Origin: a virus
Taxonomy: Duplodnaviria > Caudoviricetes
DNA length: 64,000 nt
IMG/VR virus record: IMGVR_UViG_3300017913_002030
Span: 19,939-83,938 of that record
Reading direction: 5' to 3' (one strand)
A program made the position numbers and the translations under genes. The first letter of the stretch is position 1. The number at the start of each line of letters is the position of its first letter. This document shows, piece by piece, positions 1-10,058 of this stretch. The notes under the pieces are model-generated. The model was given only the letters and a program-made list of their open reading frames with translations, was not told where the DNA came from and did no database searches.

Positions 1-39
1 CGCGAAACGTTTTATTTGTAAAATCAGTCATCGTATATC

Positions 40-1398
40 CTATATTGTAATAACGACCTTAATGTCTTCTTGTTGTTCTGCGTCTCTTCGAATGCGAGAA
101 CGATTCTCGACATAAAGAACTTGACCACTGTGTCTATCTATTTCGACTTTATCTGTTAATCCGTCAATGTCATGACTCTTACCAGTACCTACTTGATTGA
201 CATTATCATCAATCTTAAATTCTTTATAACCAGTACTGTCATTTTGATGATAGTAAACAATATTACCAACACATTCATTAACGTATGCTTCTGCACCGTC
301 CTCGCCTACTCGAATTCTACTACCTTGATCAAATGTGGCGTCGGCGTCTAAATGAAGAGCAGGCAGAACCTTAGCAGACACCTCAGTGAATGCTTCTCCG
401 TCTGGTGTCAATGGGTCTTCAATAACACCAATTTGACGGAATTCATTTTCAACAATGAATGTATTGCCTTCAGTGCCGTCTGGTTTAATATTCAACATGA
501 CAGAGCTTGTTTTTAAATCAACTACAGGATCGTTACCTAAGTGAGGAACTATTACTGGTCTCAGAACGCATGGAGTATCAGTTGTTGCGCCACTAAGAAC
601 AAACTCTGCGCGAGTGTAACCCGAACCGTAATTTGTCATAGTGACTTTTGTTACCTTACCATCAACAACAGTTGCGATTGCTGCGGCATTTTCACCATCA
701 CCTTGAACTTCTACAGTAACATCACCTGCATACGCAGCGCCAGCATCAACAACTTCACATCTAATGATTTGACCTTTAGTTGCAGAGTTGATAACATTCA
801 TTTGCAGATCTTCGATCGCTGAGTTATCACAGTTAGATACAGGACCCGTCATGGCTACAGGGACGTGATTACTCGAAAGAAATTGATAGATCTGTTGAGG
901 TGTTAACTTGAATAGAAACTTCCAAACATAACCATCACTTGTTCTAAATGGTTTAGTGTAGTCAACATTGAGTTCGCAGTAACTAGGTTTTACAGTAGAC
1001 GGCAAAAGAACGCCTTGCGCGTCTCTACCTGTCTCTAAACACACATAAACTTCTTTCGCGTTATTCATAACATAAAAGAACGTATCGTGTACAGTCTCTT
1101 TCGTATCAGACCACTCTGAATAGATTGTATCCTTTACCCAGTTATTACGCTTGATAGCGAATACAGCACCTTCTACTTTCTTAATAGATTGTAGACTGTT
1201 TCTAAATTCGCTCTCTTCTAAATTAGAGTCTGCTGGCAGATAAGGATAATCAATTTTTTCTTCACCGTCAACGACAGCTGTCGGAAAAATATCTGATTTT
1301 CCAATTCCAATATAGTGTTGTTTTTCTGAACCGAGAACGTCTGCAAGAAACTGTCTTGCGAGATTTATATTTAACGATTGTCTTACTGTAGCCGGCAT
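40..1398 (-). CDS. gp8: Baseplate wedge subunit gp8
   Basis: 452 aa; FYVMN...VYVCL, DGYVWKFLF and FRQIGVIEDP motifs and the C-terminal EDIKVVITI are typical of T4-like gp8; lies in the baseplate cluster. Confidence 0.85.
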   Translation of the reverse strand: MPATVRQSLNINLARQFLADVLGSEKQHYIGIGKSDIFPTAVVDGEEKIDYPYLPADSNLEESEFRNSLQSIKKVEGAVFAIKRNNWVKDTIYSEWSDTKETVHDTFFYVMNNAKEVYVCLETGRDAQGVLLPSTVKPSYCELNVDYTKPFRTSDGYVWKFLFKLTPQQIYQFLSSNHVPVAMTGPVSNCDNSAIEDLQMNVINSATKGQIIRCEVVDAGAAYAGDVTVEVQGDGENAAAIATVVDGKVTKVTMTNYGSGYTRAEFVLSGATTDTPCVLRPVIVPHLGNDPVVDLKTSSVMLNIKPDGTEGNTFIVENEFRQIGVIEDPLTPDGEAFTEVSAKVLPALHLDADATFDQGSRIRVGEDGAEAYVNECVGNIVYYHQNDSTGYKEFKIDDNVNQVGTGKSHDIDGLTDKVEIDRHSGQVLYVENRSRIRRDAEQQEDIKVVITI

Positions 1399-1404
1399 TT
1401 CATT

Positions 1405-1444
1405 TTCCTGTAAAAAACCCTTAACTTATATATAGGGCTTTTGT
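1405..1444 (-). terminator. Putative intrinsic terminator after the fibre gene
   Basis: Minus strand reads GCCCT-ATATATAAGTTA-AGGGT-TTTTT; large loop, so weak. Confidence 0.35.
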
Positions 1445-1455
1445 TAAAATATTAA

Positions 1456-4400
1456 TTATAATAAACCTAATTTTACTCGAAGTGCAGATCCATCATAGAT
1501 CTTAATACCATCGTCTGTGATTTCTGTTCTTGCGCCTGTTTGCCCGACACCAACGTTTAGGTTTCCTGTTACTTGTGTATTAGTTAATGTTACTGTATTT
1601 CCTGATACAGCAAATGGTGTCTTGGTTCCACCTGTAGTCTTGATCTTAAAGTCGTCTGACTGAACAATGAATGAGTTTCTGTCAGTACCGTTGACAATAT
1701 TGAATCCAGTGAACGTACCATTATTGTCTAGACCGACTGTGTATTCTTGTTCGATCGTTGATAATCCACCTTCAACGTTAGTGACGCGTTGTGACAATGT
1801 ATTGGTCGCAGTCGCAACCTTTCCATCTACTTCACTCTCTAGAACGTAACCAGCATTCTGAATAGTAGAGATGCTACCTTCCGTCGCATCAATTCTTCCT
1901 GATAACGTATTTGTTGTAGATATCGTCGCGTAAGTATTGCCTAAGTCTAACTCGGACTCAAATGTTGTTATCTCAGAATTAACGATCGTTGTGATTTCTG
2001 CATCGGTACGAATTTCGCCACGCAACTCTGACTTAGCACTGTTAACTGCACTAGTCAATTGACTACCCGTAACTCTATCTAAGTTCTGGTCGAATGTGGT
2101 GATCTTGGCATCTACTAGACTATTGATTTCACCGTCAGTGCGTATCTCAGAACGTAACTCATCTTTGGCATCACTTACTAAGGTCGCAGCGACCCCAGCA
2201 GTCTCGTAATTAAGACTATTTGAGAACTCCTCAATTTTCGTATTGATGATCGCAGTTGCTTCAGAGTCATTTAATAGTTCACCACGAAGCTCAGATTTAA
2301 CCGAGTTTGTTGCTGATGTTAACTGGGAAGCAGTAACTCTATCAAGGTTCTGATCAAACGTTGTGATCTTGGCATCTACTAGAGTATTGATCTCGCCATC
2401 TGTTCTGATCTCTGATCTTAGTTCATCTTTGGCATCACTAACCAGTGTGGCTGCAACACCAGCAGTCTCGTAATTAAGACTATTCGAGAACTCCTCAATC
2501 TTCGTGTTAATAATAGCAGTTGCTTCGGAATCATTTAGCAATTCACCACGGAGTTCAGACTTAACTGAGTTTGTGGCAGAAGTTAACTGGGCGGCAGTAA
2601 CTCGATCTAGATTCTGATCAAACGCTGTGACCTTAGTATCAATAAGACTATTGATCTCACCATCGGTTCTAATCTCAGATCGTAATTCGTCCTTCGCGTC
2701 ACTAACCAAAGTTGCTGCAACGCCTGCAGTCTCATAATTAAGACTATTCGAGAACTCATCAATCTTTGTGTTTATGATTGCAGTTGCTTCAGAGTCATTT
2801 AATAGTTCGCCTCGCAACTCGGACTTAACTGAGTTTGTGGCAGAAGTTAACTCGGCCGATGTAACCCTATCTAAGCTCTGGTCGAATGCTGTGACCTTAG
2901 TATCAATTAAAGAATTAATTTCACCGTCAGTGCGTATCTCTGACCTTAGTTCATCTTTAGCATCACTAACCAAAGTTGCAGCGACCCCAGCAGTTTCATA
3001 ATTGAGGCTGTTGGAGAACTCATCGATCTTTGTGTTGATGATTGCTGTCGCCTCAGAGTCATTTAATAATTCACCACGGAGTTCAGACTTAACTGAGTTT
3101 GTTGCGCTGGTCAACTCACTCGCTGTAACTCGATCTAGAGATTGATCAAACGTTGTGATCTTAGTGTCAATAAGACTATTGATCTCACCATCGGTTCTAA
3201 TCTCTGATCTTAACTCTTCTTTGGCGTCACTAACTAAAGTTGCGGCAACACCAGCAGTTTCATAATTGAGGTCGCCAGAGAACTCTGTAATCTTGGCATT
3301 AATTAGTGCGGTTGTTTCAGAGTCATCTAGCAGTTCGGCTCTCATTTCATCTTTGGCACTATTAACTGCTGTTGTTAACTCACCCGCTGTAACTCGATCA
3401 AGACTCTGATCGAACGATGTGATCTTAGTATCGATAAGCGCATTGACTTCGGAATCAGTACGTATCTCTGATCTTAACTCATCCTTAGCATCACTAACTA
3501 AAGTTGCTGCAACGCCTGCAGTCTCATAATTAAGACTATTCGAGAACTCTGTAATCTTTGTATTAACAATGGTTGTCGCTTCGTCTGAATTAAGAAGTTC
3601 ACCCCTCAACTCATCTCTAACTGAGTTTGTTGCGCTGGTTAACTCACCTGCTGTAACCCGATCAAGACTCTGGTCGAACGTCGTTATCTTAGTATCGATA
3701 AGACTATTGATCTCGCCATCTGTTCTGATCTCTGATCGAAGTTCTTCTTTTGCATCGCTCACTAATGTCGCGGCAACACCGGCAGTCTCGTAGTTAAGAT
3801 CGCCAGAGAATTCGGTGATCTTTGCGTTAATCAGCGCTGTTGTCTCCGAGTCATCCAATAACTCAGATCTCATTTCATCTTTGGCACTATTAACTGCTGT
3901 TGTTAATTGTGCTGCAGTAACTCGATCTAGAGATTGATCAAACGTTGTGATCTTTGTATCGATAAGGGCGTTTACTTCGGAGTCTGTTCTAATTTCAGAT
4001 CGCAGTTCTTCTTTAGCGTCACTAACTAATGTCGCAGCGACACCAGCAGTTTCATAGTTAAGCGTGCCGGAGAATTCTGTAATCTTAGTATTAACAATCG
4101 TAGTTGCTTCGCCAGAATCTAATAGCTCTGAACGTAATGCATCTGACGCAGAGTTTACCGCACTCGTGATATCTGAATCTGTAACTAAATCTAGAGATTG
4201 ATTAAATGTCGTAATCTTACTGTCGATTAGAGCATTGACTTCGGAGTCTGTTCGAATTTCAGATCGAAGTTCGTCTTTGGCATCACTGACCAAAGTTGCA
4301 GCGACCCCAGCAGTTTCATAATTGAGGGTCCCAGAAAATTCTGTGATCTTAGTGTTAACAATCGTAGTTGCTTCATCTGAATTTAGCAGTTCTGCCCTTA

Positions 4401-6834
4401 ATTCATCTTTAGCACTATTGATCGCATTTGTGATGCCCGATTCAGAAACAGTGCCTAAAGATTGATCAAACTCAGTAATTTTAACATCAATCAATGCATT
4501 GACTTCTGAATCAGTCCTTATCTCAGATCTTAACTCATCTTTCGCATCGCTTACTAATGTCGCAGCAACACCTTGCTGTTCATAAGTGAGTGTTCCTGAA
4601 AACTCAGTGATCTTAGTGTTGACTATTGTGGTTGCTTCGGCGGAATCAATTAACTGGGCAAGTAACTCATCTCTAACGGAGTTTGTTGCGCTTGTGATAT
4701 CTGAATCTGTGATAAGATCTAGTGACTGATCGAATGCTGTGATTTTACTGTCGATTAGAGCATTGACTTCTGAGTCTGTTCGAATCTCAGAACGTAACTC
4801 ATCTTTAGCATCACTTACTAGCGTAGCGGCAACCCCTGCTGTTTCGTAATTAAGCGTTCCTGAGAATTCTGTAATCTTTGTATTAACGATAGTTGTTGCT
4901 TCGTCTGAATTCAATAACTCAGATCGTAGTGTATCTGAAGCACTATTAACGGCAGATGTTATGTCCGAATCTGTAACTAAATCTAATGACTGATTAAATG
5001 CTGTGATCTTAGTATCAATCAGTGCATTAACTTCTGAATCCGTACGTATCTCAGAACGTAACTCATCTTTAGCATCACTAACCAATGTTGCGGCAACGCC
5101 AGCAGTTTCATAGTTAAGTGTGCCAGAGAATTCAGTAATCTTTGTGTTGACTATTGTGGTTGCTTCATCTGAATTAAGAAGTTCGGATCGCAGTGTGTCT
5201 GACGCAGAGTTTACTGCGTTTGTAATATCGGAGTCTGTAACTAGATTCAATGACTGATCGAATGCAGTGATCTTAGTGTCAATAAGTGCGTTTATCTGAC
5301 CATCTGTTCTAATCTCAGATCGCAACTCATCCTTCGCATCACTTACTAAAGTGGCTGCGACACCAGCAGTCTCGTAATTCAGAGTACCTGAGAATTCAGT
5401 GATTTTAGTATTTACAATTGTAGTAATATCTGAATCAGATCGAATCTCTGCACGTAATGCATCTTCAACGCTGTTTGTTGCTGTGATTAAAGTCGCAGAG
5501 TCAACCTTATTTGTTAGATCTTGTTCTACTGTAGTGATGCGTCCACCGAGAGAGTATATTTCATCGCTGTTTTGACCAACCAAAGAATACAGTTCGTCAG
5601 TAGTGGTAGAAAGAATCGCAACTACTAAATCAGAATCAATACCTTCTTGTAATGCCGCGTCTAGTTCTTGAACTCTAGACGAAATAACTTGTAAGTCACT
5701 ATCGGTCGAAATGATTTGCGCCGACATGCTATCAAGTGCGGATGCGTTAGCCTGAATACCTGCACGTAAATCACTATCGTTGATCAGATCAAGATCAACT
5801 CTCAATTCTGTTACGTCTGACGATAGTAATGCTAATGCCGCACTATCTTGATCGATGCGAGTAACCAGATCATTTCGCGCAACTGTCTCTGCGTCAATAC
5901 GTGCACCTAAATCTGAATCTACTTGATTGAGTGTTGTTGTCAGATCGGTGACAGACTGCGAGACGATAGAAAGCGAATCGCTATCTTGATCGATTCTTGC
6001 TAATAAGTCGTTACGCGCAGCCGCTTCGGCGGATAATTGACTTGCAGTGTCCGATTCAAGTGCATTTAAATTGGCAGTTAGATCCGTAACTGATTGTGTT
6101 ACAATAGATAATCCCGATTCGTTTGCCTGAGCAAGTGTTGTCAATGCTTGTATTGCTTGGGCATTTGCCGATATAACGGCACCATTATCTAGAATATCTT
6201 GTAATAGATCACTATCAACACCTTCTAGAGACGATGTTAGATTGGTAACTGATTCTGTAAGTGATACAAGCTCGCCATCAGACGAATCGACTCGCAGAAT
6301 TAAAGCACTTAGGGCGGCTGCTTCGGCGTCAATACGGCCGTTTAAATCATTATTGACAACAGATAGAGCGGAGACATCAACATAGTTTCTTGAGTTAATC
6401 TCTTGTATCGATAGAGAAAGTGCTGAAATATCTGAATCTACATAGGCGGCGATATCAGATGAATCCAACAACTGTAGTGCATCGATTACTGCCTGAGTAA
6501 TATATCCTTGAGATGTGACAAAGTCAGAATCGACACCGCCTAATCCATCCAAGAAATTAGAATCAACATAACCATCAATAATTGCTCGAATCTCTGAAGA
6601 ATCTAAACCCGCATTCTCAAAGTCAGTAATAGACTTTACGAAATCTGAATCGATTATCTCAAGTAATAGGCTCTCAATAAAATCAGAGTCAATTGCATCT
6701 CCGTCAGAGTCTCCTGTAATGACAAGATTATATAACTCTTCGAAGTTTTCATTGATCTTCTGTCCGGCGCTTCGTAGAGTATCACCTGTGCCGTCATTCG
6801 CACCAGCGCCGATATTTAATTTTTGTTGAGTCAT
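1456..6834 (-). CDS. Long tail fibre / baseplate-attached coiled-coil fibre protein
   Basis: N-terminus LNIGAGANDGTGDTLRSAGQKINENFEELY is the gp9/gp10-type baseplate attachment motif; long helical repeat body; beta-rich C-terminal domain (FTGFNIVNG...FIVQSDDFKI). Confidence 0.8.
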   Translation of the reverse strand: MTQQKLNIGAGANDGTGDTLRSAGQKINENFEELYNLVITGDSDGDAIDSDFIESLLLEIIDSDFVKSITDFENAGLDSSEIRAIIDGYVDSNFLDGLGGVDSDFVTSQGYITQAVIDALQLLDSSDIAAYVDSDISALSLSIQEINSRNYVDVSALSVVNNDLNGRIDAEAAALSALILRVDSSDGELVSLTESVTNLTSSLEGVDSDLLQDILDNGAVISANAQAIQALTTLAQANESGLSIVTQSVTDLTANLNALESDTASQLSAEAAARNDLLARIDQDSDSLSIVSQSVTDLTTTLNQVDSDLGARIDAETVARNDLVTRIDQDSAALALLSSDVTELRVDLDLINDSDLRAGIQANASALDSMSAQIISTDSDLQVISSRVQELDAALQEGIDSDLVVAILSTTTDELYSLVGQNSDEIYSLGGRITTVEQDLTNKVDSATLITATNSVEDALRAEIRSDSDITTIVNTKITEFSGTLNYETAGVAATLVSDAKDELRSEIRTDGQINALIDTKITAFDQSLNLVTDSDITNAVNSASDTLRSELLNSDEATTIVNTKITEFSGTLNYETAGVAATLVSDAKDELRSEIRTDSEVNALIDTKITAFNQSLDLVTDSDITSAVNSASDTLRSELLNSDEATTIVNTKITEFSGTLNYETAGVAATLVSDAKDELRSEIRTDSEVNALIDSKITAFDQSLDLITDSDITSATNSVRDELLAQLIDSAEATTIVNTKITEFSGTLTYEQQGVAATLVSDAKDELRSEIRTDSEVNALIDVKITEFDQSLGTVSESGITNAINSAKDELRAELLNSDEATTIVNTKITEFSGTLNYETAGVAATLVSDAKDELRSEIRTDSEVNALIDSKITTFNQSLDLVTDSDITSAVNSASDALRSELLDSGEATTIVNTKITEFSGTLNYETAGVAATLVSDAKEELRSEIRTDSEVNALIDTKITTFDQSLDRVTAAQLTTAVNSAKDEMRSELLDDSETTALINAKITEFSGDLNYETAGVAATLVSDAKEELRSEIRTDGEINSLIDTKITTFDQSLDRVTAGELTSATNSVRDELRGELLNSDEATTIVNTKITEFSNSLNYETAGVAATLVSDAKDELRSEIRTDSEVNALIDTKITSFDQSLDRVTAGELTTAVNSAKDEMRAELLDDSETTALINAKITEFSGDLNYETAGVAATLVSDAKEELRSEIRTDGEINSLIDTKITTFDQSLDRVTASELTSATNSVKSELRGELLNDSEATAIINTKIDEFSNSLNYETAGVAATLVSDAKDELRSEIRTDGEINSLIDTKVTAFDQSLDRVTSAELTSATNSVKSELRGELLNDSEATAIINTKIDEFSNSLNYETAGVAATLVSDAKDELRSEIRTDGEINSLIDTKVTAFDQNLDRVTAAQLTSATNSVKSELRGELLNDSEATAIINTKIEEFSNSLNYETAGVAATLVSDAKDELRSEIRTDGEINTLVDAKITTFDQNLDRVTASQLTSATNSVKSELRGELLNDSEATAIINTKIEEFSNSLNYETAGVAATLVSDAKDELRSEIRTDGEINSLVDAKITTFDQNLDRVTGSQLTSAVNSAKSELRGEIRTDAEITTIVNSEITTFESELDLGNTYATISTTNTLSGRIDATEGSISTIQNAGYVLESEVDGKVATATNTLSQRVTNVEGGLSTIEQEYTVGLDNNGTFTGFNIVNGTDRNSFIVQSDDFKIKTTGGTKTPFAVSGNTVTLTNTQVTGNLNVGVGQTGARTEITDDGIKIYDGSALRVKLGLL
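1957..5388 (-). repeat. 13 tandem 264-nt (88-aa) coding repeats, each made of two ~44-aa subrepeats
   Basis: NYETAGVAATLVSDAK occurs 13 times (one variant copy); anchor AGCAGT at 5365, 5101 and 2197 gives a span of 3168 = 12 x 264. Confidence 0.95.
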
Positions 6835-6848
6835 TGATATGCCCTAAC

Positions 6849-7979
6849 TTATTCTGTTGTTGGATCTGCGACGATTAATCTATCCATATTTGATGGATGC
6901 CATGACTTATCTGAAACATAAGGAAAACTATCAATTGTATTAGGATCATTTAAATCAGAAATTCTGAAATTATACCCATATAACTTTTGATCGTATATCT
7001 TTCCGTTGTGTTCTAAATTCACGTATGCTGGGCGAGCAGACCACCCAGTAGGATCTTGATAATCCCAAATCTCTGATTTAATACCATCGGTAACAATAAT
7101 CATATCATCACCCACACTCAGCATTGGTCGCCATCTGTCAGACGAACTCGTGATTGATTTATGGTGTCTAAATGTTTCAGGTTTTGTATCTGGAGCTCCA
7201 TGATCTAAATTAAATATGACGTCATTGCCCTGACCATAGAACTGAGATCCTTCTTCATATTGATCAAATGTTTTTGTTGAGCCATCGCCCACGAATACAA
7301 GAAGTTCTTCCATTGTATATTCAATAAATGCTGTACCTGCAGTAACGCCAGCCTGAATCATATCATCAACATCGATAACGTACACCGCAGGTTCAAATCT
7401 ATCTACACCAGAGCCCGAGTCAATGTCGCTTGCCCAAACGCAAGTGGCAATCTTCTTTTTATTACCTGCAGTAAACAATTGAGGATATCGAACTCTATCA
7501 CCATTGTCATCGCGACCATCAGCAGATAACCTGCAGACGAAAGACCAATCGACCATATCATAATCTGTGTCGTTGTATGTAAATGTATACTTTAAAGAAT
7601 TTAAGTTCTGTAAATCAACAACTCCATAAGCAGGAATACGTGTAGAACCTTCTCGAATATTATTCGTTCGCATTACCAGCCATCGATTATCGTGTATGAA
7701 AAATTCACCAGAGCTCTGACCACGATCACCATAATACGCATCACCACCTGACAGCCCGTTGAACTTACCATCGGACTGTGTATTAGGCTTAACGTAGATA
7801 ATCTCGACAAGCTTTAAATTTGCGTCATAGATTGCGAATTTAGATGCCCAATTGTGTCCTGCCGAAACTAATGCGTCGTTATCAAAATACCCATCATAAC
7901 CATATGAAACAATGACATAGTCTTTTGACGTGGCAATGTCATTTGCAAAACTTACCTGTGCGTATTGTCCTGTAGGCAT
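6849..7979 (-). CDS. Hypothetical protein, probably virion/tail-associated, beta-rich
   Basis: 376-aa ORF tightly packed between gp7 and the fibre gene. Confidence 0.6.
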   Translation of the reverse strand: MPTGQYAQVSFANDIATSKDYVIVSYGYDGYFDNDALVSAGHNWASKFAIYDANLKLVEIIYVKPNTQSDGKFNGLSGGDAYYGDRGQSSGEFFIHDNRWLVMRTNNIREGSTRIPAYGVVDLQNLNSLKYTFTYNDTDYDMVDWSFVCRLSADGRDDNGDRVRYPQLFTAGNKKKIATCVWASDIDSGSGVDRFEPAVYVIDVDDMIQAGVTAGTAFIEYTMEELLVFVGDGSTKTFDQYEEGSQFYGQGNDVIFNLDHGAPDTKPETFRHHKSITSSSDRWRPMLSVGDDMIIVTDGIKSEIWDYQDPTGWSARPAYVNLEHNGKIYDQKLYGYNFRISDLNDPNTIDSFPYVSDKSWHPSNMDRLIVADPTTE

Positions 7980-7981
7980 TT

Positions 7982-8965
7982 TTATTCTCCATCCCTAATT
8001 ATGGCATAGTATTTAGAATCATTTGCGTAAGATCCTACTTCTGAACCTCTTGTATATGATCTCTGATCTGTGAGCCCTAGTACGGTTATAGGAATTGTAG
8101 ACCCAATTGGAATTGACAGACTTCTAACTATTTCATTATTCCATACAAGCAATACAGACACGACTCCTGCATCTGCGTCTACGTATTCAGACCACTCATA
8201 TCTAGGCTCTGCACCAGACCAATGTTCTTGATCATCAGGTAAATCTTCATAAGTAATTACTTCTACATCAGTGCGGAAAGAACCGACCGATAGGCGTTCA
8301 GGCGCTAACAGAAGATTTGCCGTTAGAGTTCTTTTATTGCCGATATACATCCCTTGAATCAAACCATCCCAAGGGCCCGGATTATAAAATCCCTCTGACT
8401 TCAAAAGGTCATTCAATTCAGTGTGATTCATCTGATAAACATTCAGATCTCGAACTCTTTGAATGTTTTCCCAAGAGTACACATAGAGAGCACCATACTG
8501 CCCATTTGTTTGCTCGACAGGAGAGGATATTAATAAAAACTTATCTGTGTATTCAATTGTCTGACCAAATTCTCTTTTTATGAATCTATATGTACTACTT
8601 CCGAAGTTAACATCACCTGTCGCAAGTGCAGTTTCAAATACTTTGGGATTAGTGATTACTAAGTTTTCTGAGAATGAATCATCTCCTGCTGTATCAAACG
8701 AAAGAGTGTCGCCAGAAATAAGAGTTCGTGCATCTAAAAGTGAATTAGGCGTAGGTATTGGCTGAGGTGGGTCGACATCATCAACTACAGTGCCATCAGA
8801 ATCTGGCTCAGGTTCTGGATCTGGGTCCGGACTTATGATTGTACCATCAGGTTGTCTGACAAAGTAAAGAGTATTCGCATCTTTAGACGCTAATGCCTCG
8901 TGTTCTGTCTGACTACCAATCCATATTAAGATAGTCTCGCCTGAGTTTTGATTTATAATACTCAT
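7982..8965 (-). CDS. Tail-associated protein with an N-terminal WxG(S/T)xxEyeAL...dantLYFv module
   Basis: IWIGSQTEHEALASKDANTLYFV followed by a Pro/Asp linker; motif seen in phage minor tail proteins. Confidence 0.6.
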   Translation of the reverse strand: MSIINQNSGETILIWIGSQTEHEALASKDANTLYFVRQPDGTIISPDPDPEPEPDSDGTVVDDVDPPQPIPTPNSLLDARTLISGDTLSFDTAGDDSFSENLVITNPKVFETALATGDVNFGSSTYRFIKREFGQTIEYTDKFLLISSPVEQTNGQYGALYVYSWENIQRVRDLNVYQMNHTELNDLLKSEGFYNPGPWDGLIQGMYIGNKRTLTANLLLAPERLSVGSFRTDVEVITYEDLPDDQEHWSGAEPRYEWSEYVDADAGVVSVLLVWNNEIVRSLSIPIGSTIPITVLGLTDQRSYTRGSEVGSYANDSKYYAIIRDGE

Positions 8966-8966
8966 T

Positions 8967-10058
8967 TTAATTTCCTACGATTACGTTATCGTCGCCTATA
9001 TTAATTTCTATTATATCTGAATTACCAAAAAAGACATCGTATGTTGATTCAGTAATTTCTTTCTGTTCTATTACATCTGGTTGCGGTAATGGTTGATATC
9101 TATATTCTGTACGAAACAATTCGACCATTTCCATGTCAACTGTTTTTTCGCTAAAGTCTGCGTCTAGTGTCTCAAAATCATCATTTACGTATACATCTAC
9201 ATCACTCAATAGAATAGAGCCCACTGCTTGCCAGTCCGCCAATGTGCCGTAGATTTCTAAGATACGATTAAGAGACATTGTATTGTAATGTTTTAGTTTT
9301 CCTTCTGAACTCAGAATAAACGTCTGATCTACTAAATCAGTCTCTCTCATCGTCATCAAAGAGAACTGAGACGTGACCGACGCGTGAGTCTCTTCTTCTA
9401 AAAACACATATGGCGTCTCTAAAGGATCTGTTCCTTCTCCTTGAGACTCGATGCTACCCACACCTTTAGTCGCAACTTCTGACGCTAGGTAAAAGCCCGC
9501 AGGATGTACAAATTTCTTATAGAGAGCATCATAGTCAATAGAAGACAAACCTGTTTTCAAAAGAACTGAAAAGATTTGAAATCTTCGATCATCTGTGATA
9601 AACTTAACCGATTCAGGACCGATTAATGAGTTGCCCGGTTTATCATTCAGATAGAATATGTTATTTTTTGGATAAAGAACCTCAACGTCTTCGTTGAAGA
9701 ACATCTTGAAGAATTGTTCTGCTGAGTTTTGAGTACCTTTCTTTCTATAGAAGTTTGCAAGAAGTCTTGCAGAAAGTTTTGCACGTTCTTCTTGACCTTC
9801 TTCTGGAAATATTGTAGTATCTACACCATTACCTATCTCTCTTAAAAGATAGTTTAGTGCGTCTAGTTCTATCGACGTTATCTCTCGAATATCAAACAGT
9901 TCTTTAATCTTTGCCTCATACGAAATCGTATCATCTTCTTTCGTATATGCATAATATCTCTCAAGGAATTTGACCAAGAGAGGATAATCAGACACAAAGA
10001 ATTCAGGCAGTAACTCTTCTACCTGACTAGTATACAGATTGAGATTCGATCTACTCAT
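8967..10058 (-). CDS. gp7: Baseplate wedge initiator gp7 (short form)
   Basis: LPEF...DYPLLVKFLERYY, FYRKKGT..S...FFKMFFNEDVEVLYPK and KKFVHPAGF motifs; directly follows gp6. Confidence 0.75.
   Translation of the reverse strand: MSRSNLNLYTSQVEELLPEFFVSDYPLLVKFLERYYAYTKEDDTISYEAKIKELFDIREITSIELDALNYLLREIGNGVDTTIFPEEGQEERAKLSARLLANFYRKKGTQNSAEQFFKMFFNEDVEVLYPKNNIFYLNDKPGNSLIGPESVKFITDDRRFQIFSVLLKTGLSSIDYDALYKKFVHPAGFYLASEVATKGVGSIESQGEGTDPLETPYVFLEEETHASVTSQFSLMTMRETDLVDQTFILSSEGKLKHYNTMSLNRILEIYGTLADWQAVGSILLSDVDVYVNDDFETLDADFSEKTVDMEMVELFRTEYRYQPLPQPDVIEQKEITESTYDVFFGNSDIIEINIGDDNVIVGN

Noticed and set aside
1957-5388. Fibre repeats as a DGR target or assembly artefact
   Set aside because: Every unit differs at many synonymous sites, which argues against collapsed or duplicated assembly, and there is no A-specific mutagenesis pattern.
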